A stretch of 64,000 nucleotides of DNA from Candidatus Bathyarchaeota archaeon (GTDB lineage: Archaea; Thermoproteota; Bathyarchaeia; Bathyarchaeales; Bathycorpusculaceae), in the NCBI GenBank assembly GCA_963827165.1, contig CAWGZR010000010.1:128001-192000 (forward strand). Reading direction: 5' to 3'. Made by a program: the position numbers and the translations under genes. Shown in pieces: positions 8,442 to 18,156 of the stretch; position 1 is the first letter of the stretch, and each line of letters opens with the position of its first letter. The notes beneath the pieces are model-generated. The model was not told the origin of the DNA. It saw nothing but the letters and a program-made list of their open reading frames with translations, and ran no database searches.

Positions 8442-10627
8442 TCCTTCCTCCTGACAGCTTTGAATGGACAGATGACCTCACATACACCGCATCCACTACA
8501 AAGCGACGCGTCGACTTCGACTTTGCCGTTTACCTTATAGATGGCTGGGCAACCGAAGGCTTTTGTACAGACCTCGCAGTCATTGCATTTCTCTGTGACC
8601 TCCATGGGCTTGCCACGTTCAACCAGAAGCGGGCAAGCTCTTTGTGAGATAATAACTGATGGACCGTTGTGATCAATGATTTTCCTCAAGGCAGAAATTG
8701 TGCCCTCGATGTCGTACGGGTCAACCACAGCGATTTTGTCTATTCCAAGACCCTTTGCGATGTCCATGAGCTTTAATATTTTTGTGTCTGTACCCATCGC
8801 CGTTTTACCTGAGCCTGGCGTCGGCTGATGACCAGTCATCGCAACCGTGCTGTTATCCAAAATGACCACGCACACGTTCGCCCGGTTATAAACGATATTT
8901 AGAAGCCCTGGCATTCCCCCGTGGAAAAACGTAGAGTCACCAATAACCGAAAACACCTTATCTTTCACGCCAGCATGAACCATCCCCGCAGCCTGCGAAA
9001 TCCCCGCGCCCATGCAAAGACACGATTGAACCGCGTTTATGGGCGGCAAAACACCTAATGTGTAGCAGCCGATGTCGCCTGTCACGATTTTATCATCCGA
9101 TTTTCCTGATAAACTCAAGGCACCTTCGGGGCAGAAGGATACGCATTTAGGTTCCCCGTCGCACGTGTCACAAATCAATGCTTTACCCGTTCGCGGATGC
9201 AAAGTTACCGCACCGGATTTGCACGCTTCTATGCACCAGTCGCAGCCTTTGCATTTATCCTCGTCGACAAGGATGGCTCCAGTTTGGGTTGACCGCTTCA
9301 ACGCTTTTTCTGGGCAAGCGCTGATACATGGGGCTTCAATGCAAATTTTGCAGGTTATCGCCGTGTTGAATGTTTGACCAAGCCTAACTGAGCGAATCCG
9401 CGATTTAAGCGGATTGAAAACGCCCTCTTTCTCAAAAGAGCAAACGTACTCGCAGATGCTGCATCCGACGCATTTGTCGTTGTCGCAGCTGACATGCTGA
9501 TTCACCATATTCAAGGCGTAATAAAACGCTCTGTGGGGACAGCCTGGGCAAAGAGTCGGAGGTCTAGGCTGCAAATCCAAAATGTCTGGGACCTCAGCTT
9601 TATCGGTTAGTTTTAGACTTGAGAGAGCTTCACGTACACTATCAGGTGTTAGCTCTCCGATTTCCTCAAGTTCCAATTGACCTTTCCCGTTAACAGGCAG
9701 GCCCAGCCGCAAGATGTTATCCTCGAGATAGGGGCGTAGCTCCTCGATCACTATGAGTTTTTTAACTTTTACTGCGAATCTTTGGACGATCTCATGTGGA
9801 AAAGGATGGACAAAACCTAGCTTCAACCAAGAAAACTTTTTCGTATCAAGCACTGAACGCGCGTAATAGTATCCTACGCCGCTTCCTATGATTCCGATGT
9901 CGCATCCATTGTCTTCGATGTAATTGAATTTTGAATGGTTGACAAGAGCTTTTGCCTCCGCCATCTTAACCTCTAAAACTCTATGCTGTCGAATGGCGTT
10001 TGAAGGAACCATCACCCATTTTGATCCTTTCTTATCAAAATCCGGTTTCCTACGCAAGACGTGCATTCGACCAAGTTTCACTCGAGCCTTCCCGTGGGCA
10101 ACCCGCGTTGTCAAACGCAGAATGATTGGCAAATGCAGCCGCTCACTTAGTTCAAACGCTTCCCTAGCCATGTCTAGGGCTTCCTGTGGGTTGCCAGCAT
10201 CTAGCAAAGGCAGCTTTGAATGAACCGCAAAGTATCGTGTGTCCTGTTCGTTTTGGCTGCTATGCAAAGCCGGATCGTCACAGACAGCAATCACCATTCC
10301 GCCCTCAATGCCCGTGTAAGCCAAAGTCATAGCGGCATCCGCGGCAACGTTCAGGCCAACATGCTTCATAGAAACAATTGAGCGAACCCCTGTCATCGAA
10401 GCGCCTGCAGCTACTTCAGCGGCTACAATTTCGTTTATGCTCCATTCAGCATAAATGCCAAACTCTTTGGAGACTTCAGCAAGGGTTTCCAAAATCTCGG
10501 TAGCTGGTGTTCCAGGATAAGAAGCCGCGACCTTAACGCCGGCTTCGACGGCACCTCTCGCGACTGCTTCATCGCCGTTAAGCAATGCAAAACTGCCTGG
10601 CTTATCTGCAGCAATTTTGGAAGTCAT
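8438..10627 (-). CDS. iorA: Indolepyruvate:ferredoxin oxidoreductase alpha subunit with an internal four-cluster ferredoxin insertion
   Basis: GDEAVARGA, YPGTPATEI, EWSINE, MKHVGLNVAAD, HSSQNEQD, LCPGCPHR, GDIGCYTLG, TPP motif IGDSTFFH...LDN.TVAMTGHQP, C-terminal ferredoxin. Start set at MTSK (10627) just after paaK. Confidence 0.95.
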   Translation of the reverse strand: MTSKIAADKPGSFALLNGDEAVARGAVEAGVKVAASYPGTPATEILETLAEVSKEFGIYAEWSINEIVAAEVAAGASMTGVRSIVSMKHVGLNVAADAAMTLAYTGIEGGMVIAVCDDPALHSSQNEQDTRYFAVHSKLPLLDAGNPQEALDMAREAFELSERLHLPIILRLTTRVAHGKARVKLGRMHVLRRKPDFDKKGSKWVMVPSNAIRQHRVLEVKMAEAKALVNHSKFNYIEDNGCDIGIIGSGVGYYYARSVLDTKKFSWLKLGFVHPFPHEIVQRFAVKVKKLIVIEELRPYLEDNILRLGLPVNGKGQLELEEIGELTPDSVREALSSLKLTDKAEVPDILDLQPRPPTLCPGCPHRAFYYALNMVNQHVSCDNDKCVGCSICEYVCSFEKEGVFNPLKSRIRSVRLGQTFNTAITCKICIEAPCISACPEKALKRSTQTGAILVDEDKCKGCDWCIEACKSGAVTLHPRTGKALICDTCDGEPKCVSFCPEGALSLSGKSDDKIVTGDIGCYTLGVLPPINAVQSCLCMGAGISQAAGMVHAGVKDKVFSVIGDSTFFHGGMPGLLNIVYNRANVCVVILDNSTVAMTGHQPTPGSGKTAMGTDTKILKLMDIAKGLGIDKIAVVDPYDIEGTISALRKIIDHNGPSVIISQRACPLLVERGKPMEVTEKCNDCEVCTKAFGCPAIYKVNGKVEVDASLCSGCGVCEVICPFKAVRRKD

Positions 10628-10640
10628 TAGGTTTAGTCCT

Positions 10641-11960
10641 TTACATTTTGCCTCTGCGTAAATCCAGAACTCTTTTCGCTTTTCCCTCAGTTCGCGGAAG
10701 TTCACCCGGTTTCACGATTTCCACGTCGGCTGAGATGCCGGTTACGATATGAATTTGTTTTTGGATACCGCTCTTTAACGCGTTCACATCTACATGTGGG
10801 TCTTTGGCTGCTTTATCGGATAATTCCACTTTAACGACAAAAGTGTCCAAGGCGCCCGGTCTATCGATGACAATCAAATATTGAGTTGCAAGCTCGGAGA
10901 AGCACATCACCGCGTACTCGATTTGCGACGGGAACACGTTTACTCCCCGGATAATCAACATGTCATCTGACCTACCATGAACTCGCATCATTCTTGCGTG
11001 AGTGCGTCCGCAAACGCACATTTCAGTCTCTATTTTTGAGATGTCACGGGTCCTGTACCTCAACATAGGAAGCCCCATCTTGGTTAAGCCGGTGAAAACA
11101 AGTTCTCCTTCTTCGCCTGGAGTTAGAACCTCGCCAGTATCAGAATCAATCGTTTCCACGATGAAATGGTCCTCCCAAATGTGAAGCCCTTTATGTTCAG
11201 GGCACTCGATTGCGACTCCTGGACCGCAAAGCTCAGTTAACCCATAAATGTCAAAAGCTTTAATCCCTAAGTCGCTCTCTATTCGTTCTCGAAGCTTGTC
11301 CGACCAAGGTTCAGCCCCGAAAATCCCAAGCCTTAGCTTAAGGTCTTTTCTGGGGGCAACGCCTTCCTGAGCCATCGTTTCAGCCAAATAAACTGCGAAG
11401 CTCGGGGTACAGGCCAAAATGGTCACACCAAGGTCCTTCATGAGTTTGATTTGGCGCTGGGTCATGCCGCCGCTTGCTGGAACGATTTTTGCTCCGACTT
11501 TTTGAGCGCCGTAGTGGACGCCTAAACCGCCTGTGAATAAGCCGTAGCCGTAGGCGATATGTATGGTGTCTTGGCGTCGTCCTCCTGCGGTGTAGATGGA
11601 TCTTGCCATTAGTTCTTGCCAAACATCCATGTCGCCTCTGGTGTATGCGCCGACGATTGGATTGCCTGTTGTGCCGCTGGAGGCGTGGATTTCCACAATT
11701 TCATCGGGTTTAACGGCGACCATTCCGAAGGGGTAGTTGTCTTTCAGGTCGTTTTTTAAAGTGAAAGGGATTTTTTTGAGATCATCAAGTGAACGTATGC
11801 TTTCGGGTTTGAAACCTGCGCCGTCAAGTCTTTTCCTGTAAAAAGAGCTGTGTTCGTAGCAGTGCTTCACAAGCTCGTTAAGCTGTTTGAGCTGAAGTTG
11901 CTTTATTTCTTGAGCAGGCATGGTTTCGACTTTTTTGTTCCAGTATGTTCCGTCAACCAT
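10641..11960 (-). CDS. paaK: Phenylacetate-CoA ligase family protein
   Basis: HASSGTTGNP, YGYGLFTGGLG, GAEPWS, DIYGLTE, RYRTRD, GRSDDMLIIRGVNVFPSQIE, LPRTEGKAKRV. Confidence 0.95.
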   Translation of the reverse strand: MVDGTYWNKKVETMPAQEIKQLQLKQLNELVKHCYEHSSFYRKRLDGAGFKPESIRSLDDLKKIPFTLKNDLKDNYPFGMVAVKPDEIVEIHASSGTTGNPIVGAYTRGDMDVWQELMARSIYTAGGRRQDTIHIAYGYGLFTGGLGVHYGAQKVGAKIVPASGGMTQRQIKLMKDLGVTILACTPSFAVYLAETMAQEGVAPRKDLKLRLGIFGAEPWSDKLRERIESDLGIKAFDIYGLTELCGPGVAIECPEHKGLHIWEDHFIVETIDSDTGEVLTPGEEGELVFTGLTKMGLPMLRYRTRDISKIETEMCVCGRTHARMMRVHGRSDDMLIIRGVNVFPSQIEYAVMCFSELATQYLIVIDRPGALDTFVVKVELSDKAAKDPHVDVNALKSGIQKQIHIVTGISADVEIVKPGELPRTEGKAKRVLDLRRGKM

Positions 11961-12119
11961 TCTTGTACCCCTCTTTCTAAGTCCTCAGATTACAAACATT
12001 TATGCGACTATTAGATAAAAGTTCCCCACTTCCGCATAGCGTAAGATTCTTTCGCACAATTGAAAAATCAACGTCATTCCTAAGCTAAAGAACAAAAAAT
12101 CGACACTTCCGCATGGACG

Positions 12120-12773
12120 CTAAACACGGTAAAATTTGCGTTTTATGAGTTTGTACTGCCGCTGCAAAGTAAACATGAGTGGGATCGACTGTCCACAAGG
12201 TGAACAGTTTCCCTTCACAATAGCTTCGACAATGGCATCAACTGTGGGTTCAGAATTGATTGCCGTGTAGCCGTAACCTATTGTTGGTCCATAATGCGCG
12301 TCGGTCCCTCCAGTTTGGGGCATGTTAAGTTTCTGCGCTACTTGCGTTGCCTTTCGTTTGCAACGACCAAACGGGAAAGCGTTGGCATTTAAAGTTTCTA
12401 CTGCGTCAAATTTCGCATCTTTCACATGGCTTGCCAAGCTGCCCTTAAACCAAGCATAGGGATGAACAGCAATAGCTATTCCGCCAGCCGCGTGGATTTT
12501 ATCAACGGTTTCCCCCGCGCTCAATCCCCGGGGGATCAACTCTTTAACGTTTAACGCAACTATGTGACCGTCTCCGCTAGAAACTTCCATGCCTGGAATG
12601 ACCAGAAAATCCGTTTCTTTAGCTATTTTCCAACTGCCATCAACCTGGTTATGGTCGGTGACTGCGACGGCCGTCAAACCTCGTTTTTTGGCGTAATAAA
12701 CGAGGTCTTTGGGAGTTATGAGCGAATCCCTTGAATAATTGCTGTGAACATGAAGATCAGCGTTGATTTGCAT
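12120..12773 (-). CDS. PHP-domain metal-dependent phosphoesterase
   Basis: DLHVHS, AVTDHN, GMEVS...GH, AVHP, GGTDAH. Confidence 0.9.
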   Translation of the reverse strand: MQINADLHVHSNYSRDSLITPKDLVYYAKKRGLTAVAVTDHNQVDGSWKIAKETDFLVIPGMEVSSGDGHIVALNVKELIPRGLSAGETVDKIHAAGGIAIAVHPYAWFKGSLASHVKDAKFDAVETLNANAFPFGRCKRKATQVAQKLNMPQTGGTDAHYGPTIGYGYTAINSEPTVDAIVEAIVKGNCSPCGQSIPLMFTLQRQYKLIKRKFYRV

Positions 12774-12787
12774 GGGTTATCCCTGCT

Positions 12788-14488
12788 TTATTTTGGCTGA
12801 TTCGGCTGTTTCTTCCTGATCTCAGATAATTGTTCGTCCAGTTTGACTTCGTCAGCTTCGATCTTGTGGAATAAGGGTTTAGGCTTGGATATTTTGTGCC
12901 CAGCTTCAATTGGATTTAGGGCTTCAGTCCAACTTGCCTTTTGGATGTTTCCCGGGAGGTTGAGTGTTTGCCAGAGTTGTTCTGCAATTTCAGGGATGAA
13001 AGGCGCTGAAACAACGGTTGCAGCCTTGACGACTTGGGCGGCAACGTAAAAGATTGTTCCTGCTTTTTCTTTGTCGGTTTTCATCAGGTTCCACGGTTCC
13101 TTGTCGTTGAGATACTGGTTCCCTACTCTGCTTATTGAGATCAACGTGTTTGCAGAGGAAAGAAGTTTTGAGGTTTCGATTTCTCGGGCGGCCGCTTCCA
13201 CTTTTTCTTTGATTGCCTGAAGTATCGCCTCATCATCTTTGTCAAGTTTTGTGGGTTCTGGGATGGTGGAGTCGAATTTTGAGGCTATGAAGCTTAGAGT
13301 TCTGTGGATGAAGTTGCCGAAGGTATCATTAAGGTCTGCGTTGATTTTGTCGATGAAGGCGCTCCATGTGAAGTTAGTGTCTTTGCTTTCGGGTCTTGTC
13401 GCGATGAGGAAAAAGCGCCAGTAATCCGCTGGGAACATGTCTAGTGCTTCATCTATCCAGATGCCGACGCGTTGGCTTTTTGAGGCCTTCTGCCCCTTAA
13501 ACTGGAGGAACTCCGTGGCGGAAACGTTCCATGGCAAGTTGTAGCCTTCGCCTGAAGCCAAAAGCAATGCGGGAAGGATTATTGTGTGGAATGGGATGTT
13601 GTCTTTTCCGACGAAGTACAGGGTTTTGGCCTGTTTGTCGAACCAGAATTCTCGCCACTTCTCCGGCTGCCCCATCCGCTGGCACTGCTCGATTGTGGCT
13701 GAAATGTAACCCAAGACCGCGTCGACCCAAACGTAGATTGTTTTGCCCTCAGCCCCTGCAAAAGGCGCCGGTATTCCCCATTCAACGTCTCGGGTGACTG
13801 CTCTAGGTTTTAAGCCTTCACGTATCCAGTTTAAACTAAAGGTTTTGACGTTGCTTGGAAGCTGCTGGTTGCCTCGAAGGTACTCTGAGAGAGGTTCGGA
13901 AAGTTTTGAGAGATCAATATACCAGTGCCGCGTGGTTTTAACCGTTGGCTTATTCTTGCAGATAACGCAGTACGGTTCAATGAGTGCCGTTGGCTCAAGC
14001 AGCCTGCCGCACATGTCGCATTGGTCGCCACGGGCTTTTTCGCAGCCGCAGTACGGACATTTGCCTTCGACAAAGCGGTCAGGCAAGAACCGCTGGTCAT
14101 GCTCGCAGTAAAGCATTTGGGTTTCCTGCTCGAAGATGTACCCGTTTTTTTGGATTTCAAGCAGTGTTTTCTGGACGAACTGTCGGTGTATTGTGCTTTC
14201 TGTGCTTGTGTAATTGTCAAATGAGGCTTCCCATCGATTAAAGAGCTCTGCGACGCGGGCGTGGTTGCGATCGGTTAACTCTTTAGGCGTGATGCCTTGT
14301 TTTATAGCTTCAACCTCTATGGGCGTGCCGTGTGTGTCTGAACCGCTAACCATCAAAACGTCGTCGCCTTTCAACCGATAATAGCGTGCTGTGACATCAG
14401 CGGATAGGACTGAGCCTACGAGGTTACCCAAATGCGGCGTCACATTGATGTATGGCCAAGCGGAGGTAACTAAAACTTTTTCAGGCAA
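12788..14488 (-). CDS. metG: Methionyl-tRNA synthetase (no C-terminal tRNA-binding domain)
   Basis: SAWPYIN..PHLGN (HIGH), SGSDTHG, zinc knuckles, YVWVDA, GKDNIPFH, KASKS (KMSKS). Confidence 0.97.
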   Translation of the reverse strand: MPEKVLVTSAWPYINVTPHLGNLVGSVLSADVTARYYRLKGDDVLMVSGSDTHGTPIEVEAIKQGITPKELTDRNHARVAELFNRWEASFDNYTSTESTIHRQFVQKTLLEIQKNGYIFEQETQMLYCEHDQRFLPDRFVEGKCPYCGCEKARGDQCDMCGRLLEPTALIEPYCVICKNKPTVKTTRHWYIDLSKLSEPLSEYLRGNQQLPSNVKTFSLNWIREGLKPRAVTRDVEWGIPAPFAGAEGKTIYVWVDAVLGYISATIEQCQRMGQPEKWREFWFDKQAKTLYFVGKDNIPFHTIILPALLLASGEGYNLPWNVSATEFLQFKGQKASKSQRVGIWIDEALDMFPADYWRFFLIATRPESKDTNFTWSAFIDKINADLNDTFGNFIHRTLSFIASKFDSTIPEPTKLDKDDEAILQAIKEKVEAAAREIETSKLLSSANTLISISRVGNQYLNDKEPWNLMKTDKEKAGTIFYVAAQVVKAATVVSAPFIPEIAEQLWQTLNLPGNIQKASWTEALNPIEAGHKISKPKPLFHKIEADEVKLDEQLSEIRKKQPNQPK

Positions 14489-14732
14489 ACGTGATCATCA
14501 CAAACCGTTTGGTACCGCCCTTATTTAAAATTACTAAGCCACAAAAGTGAGGTCAGGCTACAGCAAACTGAAGAATTTGTTTGTGAATCAACAACTCTAA
14601 GCTGACCATGTAGATTTGCTTTTGCGCGATCATACAGTCCTCTTTTTCGGGGATTTTCGCTTTTGCGGAATAACTAATGTTACGCCGAAGCCAGCTAAAG
14701 ATTCATCACGGACTTTTAAGGGGCAAATGTTC

Positions 14733-15113
14733 TCATTGAAGACGTGCTCCCGTTGATACGAACGGGGCAACTTGCATTCCGATGCTGTTGTCTGTTGACA
14801 GGTTTTTGCAGATGAAGTTGAATGAGTTTTCTGTGAAGTTCAAAACATTTTTGCCTTCTTTGGTAAGACCGTAAATTTTGCGTGGCCTTTCAGAAGTCAT
14901 GTTCCAAGCGCTCTTCACGTAGCCTTTTTTCTCAAGAAGTGCTAGTAGTGGGTAAACGGTGCTGGGTCCGAAATAGACGGCGTAGTTTTTGCGGATTTTA
15001 GTGATGATTTGGTATCCATGCATTGATTCTTTGTCTAGGTACCGAAGGACAATCATGTCTAGGAGTCCTTTCGTGAGTTTTGTTTGGGTTTCTTTTTGGT
15101 AATTGTTGATCAT
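14733..15113 (-). CDS. PadR-family transcriptional regulator
   Basis: MHGYQII, GPSTVYPLL..LEKKGYV, RPRKIYGLTKEG. Confidence 0.92.
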   Translation of the reverse strand: MINNYQKETQTKLTKGLLDMIVLRYLDKESMHGYQIITKIRKNYAVYFGPSTVYPLLALLEKKGYVKSAWNMTSERPRKIYGLTKEGKNVLNFTENSFNFICKNLSTDNSIGMQVAPFVSTGARLQ

Positions 15114-15139
15114 TTTATTTTTTCTCTCCTGTTGATTTG

Positions 15140-15172
15140 TCGTACACATGTACGATATGTCTTTTCAAGACA
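15140..15172. promoter_or_regulatory. Two adjacent palindromes upstream of the PadR gene (candidate operators)
   Basis: TCGTACA-CA-TGTACGA (15140-15155) and TGTCTT-TTC-AAGACA (15158-15172). Confidence 0.4.
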
Positions 15173-15520
15173 CATTTCTTATGTCTTCATAGTGGCTAAA
15201 CCGCCACATAAACCCTCGCACATAACCAAAACATATCAAAGCATACCCAAAACCCCAATTGTCCAACACAGCTACAAGTCAACATGTAAAAACAAACGGA
15301 AAAAAACGAAGCTCCAACACAAAAGTAGCCCAAACTCAACTGTACAGCAGAACAACAACTAACTTGATTTTCAGGATTATTCTGCAGGGAAAAATATGTC
15401 GAACGCCAAAAATTACGCGCCACAGAACGTGTCGGCGACACAAATATACCAAGAAATCAACTTGCAACACAAGGTTTTATTTAGAATACCTCATATTAGC
15501 TCGGTTTATAGGCGACTCGC

Positions 15521-15883
15521 ATGAGAGGAAATGACCATTTTGCCGATGCGTTAGGAATCCAATTAATTGAAGCTAGAGATGGACATGCCAAAGTATCGAT
15601 GAAAGTTGAAAAAAACCACACCAACGCCCTCGGGTTCACTCATGGCGGCGCAATCTTCTCATTGGCAGACTACGCCTTCGCACACGCATGTAACTTTGGC
15701 GACAACGTCGCGGTGGCAGTCCAAGTAAGCATCAACTTTCTAAAGCCATCCGTCGAAGGGGATGTCTTAGTGGCTGAGGCAGAACGGGTTTCAGATGGAA
15801 AAACAACAGGCCTATACCAAGTCACGGTTAAGAACGAAGCGAAAATGGTTGCCTTCTTCACAGGTTTAGCGTTTAAAAAATAA
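15521..15883 (+). CDS. paaI: PaaI-family hotdog-fold thioesterase
   Basis: HTNALGFTHGGAIFSLADYAFAHACN, INFLKP, GLYQVTV. Confidence 0.9.
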   Translation: MRGNDHFADALGIQLIEARDGHAKVSMKVEKNHTNALGFTHGGAIFSLADYAFAHACNFGDNVAVAVQVSINFLKPSVEGDVLVAEAERVSDGKTTGLYQVTVKNEAKMVAFFTGLAFKK

Positions 15884-15929
15884 CCTGTCCTAAAATGCAA
15901 ATAGCTTGTTCTAAAATGTAGAATTAATA

Positions 15930-16529
15930 GTGGCGCGGCAATCTTTCAATTTTATGAACCCAAAGAAGAGACTCGCTATCGGTTTAGTTTCCATATTCGT
16001 TTTATCAGTTTTCACTTTGATTTTTGTCTTTGACGTGAGCATAAATCGCGACGCCAGGGCTCACGAGCTTGCCGGCAATCCTCAAATTGATGCGTCATGG
16101 GTTACAAGCCTCAACCAAACGGTCAGCAACGCTTCTCCTTACCCCAATGACTCCGAAACCAGCAACCCCAACGTTTTGATTTCGTACTGCAGAACCTATC
16201 TTTACGAAAACGGATCATCAGAGCTGCTTGAGTTCGGCGACGCCTACAACAACGCGACAAACCCGATCAGCACAACGCTGAATAGTCTCTTACTCAAAGC
16301 CAACTTGCGGCTCAACATTTCATTGACGAGTGGATTCGTCAGCAGCGTCTTGGCAAATGATAAGTTGGCTGCCATCATCTATCGGGATTCTACACTGGAA
16401 TTCGGAGGGCAGCAGAGATTCTACAGCGGCTATTTCGTGTTGCAAGACAATTCAAATCAGAATTTAGCGGGAACAATCATAACCTTGGACGTTAACGGTA
16501 CCTACAGTCTCTGGGCAATATCCAAATAG
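15930..16529 (+). CDS. Hypothetical membrane-anchored protein
   Basis: Single N-terminal TM helix after KKR; Asn/Ser-rich remainder; start could be ATG at 15954. Confidence 0.6.
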   Translation: MARQSFNFMNPKKRLAIGLVSIFVLSVFTLIFVFDVSINRDARAHELAGNPQIDASWVTSLNQTVSNASPYPNDSETSNPNVLISYCRTYLYENGSSELLEFGDAYNNATNPISTTLNSLLLKANLRLNISLTSGFVSSVLANDKLAAIIYRDSTLEFGGQQRFYSGYFVLQDNSNQNLAGTIITLDVNGTYSLWAISK

Positions 16530-16575
16530 CGCTACGCTATTTTGCAGGGCACCTTGATGAGTTGTGGCCAATGCA

Positions 16576-18156
16576 CTATGAAGCGGATGAGCTCACCATT
16601 GTTTCCAGAATGTTCAAAAGTTTGTCGACTATGCCTTTTAGTGGGCCCAATCCGCTGGCCATCAATCTAAGGTTCTCGATGTCGGGTTTCTTTAATGCCC
16701 GGGTTGCAATCAGGCTTAAGAGAAAAGTAGCTGCGAAAACTATCAACCCAATGATCAACTTAGGCCAGTCACTTAAACTCATGAACGAAACTGCAAAAAA
16801 CGTCGATGACCCCGCCGCCGCTGATGAAACCAGAATCTTCGCCGATGAAACCCAATCCACAGCCGTGCCGTAACGCATCTTGATCCAATAAAGCGAAATC
16901 ATAAGCCCTGGAACCCCGTCAAAAACCAAAGTTACGATCAACCCGATCACTCCGAAGGCTGGAACAAGCGAAACTGCCATAACAATTCCTGCAAACGTGT
17001 TCACAACGGCGAGTTCAAGGTAGAACCGTGTTTGCCCTTGTCCACTAATTAGGTTAAGTGTACTCAATTGGCCAAAAGCGGTTAAAAGGTAATTGAATGC
17101 GAGAAGAGAAAGAAAAAGTGGGGCATCCGCGTATTTTGCTCCGAAAAGGGCGGAAACAAAGGGATTAGCCAGTGCAATTATCGCGACTGTTGGCGGGATC
17201 ACAAGGAGCGAAGAATATTTTATAGAACTTTTGAAAATAATCTGCAGTGTTTCCCTGTCTTTTTCAGCGTTGAGTTTTGAGAAAGCGGGAAAGAGCATTG
17301 TTGTTATGGGCGTGGCAAAAAAAGCAAGGAGAACTGTGAAGTTGTTGGCCACTGCGTAGTTGCCGATAAGGTAGTTTGAGGCGTAAATGGCTATTATGAA
17401 GTTGTAGAATTGGGAGAGGAAGCTGGTGAATATGCTAGAAAAGGACAAAGGTAAACCGTAGCGGAACATGAATTTCATGGTCTGCCAGACACTGGAGGTT
17501 TTCTCCAAAACATGTTTTCCCAGGTTTCTGTAAATCGCCAGCATCAAGATAATTCCTACCAAACCGCCGCCGAGAATACCTGCCGAGTACCCGACAACTG
17601 CTCCTGAAACCCCAAAACCCACAAAGACCAGAACCGGCGCCAGAAGCGAACGAAAAATCGCGCCAACCACAAGGGTTACGCTGTTGGGTCTCATTTGTTC
17701 ACGCCCTGTAAAAGCCGCCTCTGAAGCGTTTAAGAAGGCTCCGGCTAAAATCGTGAAAGATGAAATCTGAATGAGCGCGGTTATGGGTCTTTTGAAAATG
17801 TCGTTTGCGATGAAGCCTGAAAGAGCGAAAGAGACGAAAGAAAGTGATAGGCCCATAATCAACTCAAAGATTAAACCAGCTAAGATGATACTTCGCACAC
17901 GCTCAGGCTTCGCTTCGGCGCTGTATTGTGCGGTGTACTTGATGGTTGCCGAGTCCATACCCCAGTCGCGAAAGGTGCCGATCAAGTTAGGCGCAGCCAA
18001 CGCGATTGTATATAAACCATAATCCTGCGGCTGCAGTGCCCTAGCTAAAATAATTACTCCTGCCGCTGAGATCATAGTGGATGCAACGATACCCCAGAAA
18101 AGTTGAAAACCGCCCCTTGCCGAAACCTTAGCCATCTCAGCAGCTTTGTCAGCCAG
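16576..18156 (-). CDS. Oligosaccharide flippase (Wzx/MOP superfamily)
   Basis: About 14 TM helices; ILARALQPQDYGLY, FRYGLPLS, IGNYAVA, LFPAFS. ATG at 18135; an in-frame CTG at 18156 may be the true start. Confidence 0.88.
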   Translation of the reverse strand: MADKAAEMAKVSARGGFQLFWGIVASTMISAAGVIILARALQPQDYGLYTIALAAPNLIGTFRDWGMDSATIKYTAQYSAEAKPERVRSIILAGLIFELIMGLSLSFVSFALSGFIANDIFKRPITALIQISSFTILAGAFLNASEAAFTGREQMRPNSVTLVVGAIFRSLLAPVLVFVGFGVSGAVVGYSAGILGGGLVGIILMLAIYRNLGKHVLEKTSSVWQTMKFMFRYGLPLSFSSIFTSFLSQFYNFIIAIYASNYLIGNYAVANNFTVLLAFFATPITTMLFPAFSKLNAEKDRETLQIIFKSSIKYSSLLVIPPTVAIIALANPFVSALFGAKYADAPLFLSLLAFNYLLTAFGQLSTLNLISGQGQTRFYLELAVVNTFAGIVMAVSLVPAFGVIGLIVTLVFDGVPGLMISLYWIKMRYGTAVDWVSSAKILVSSAAAGSSTFFAVSFMSLSDWPKLIIGLIVFAATFLLSLIATRALKKPDIENLRLMASGLGPLKGIVDKLLNILETMVSSSAS

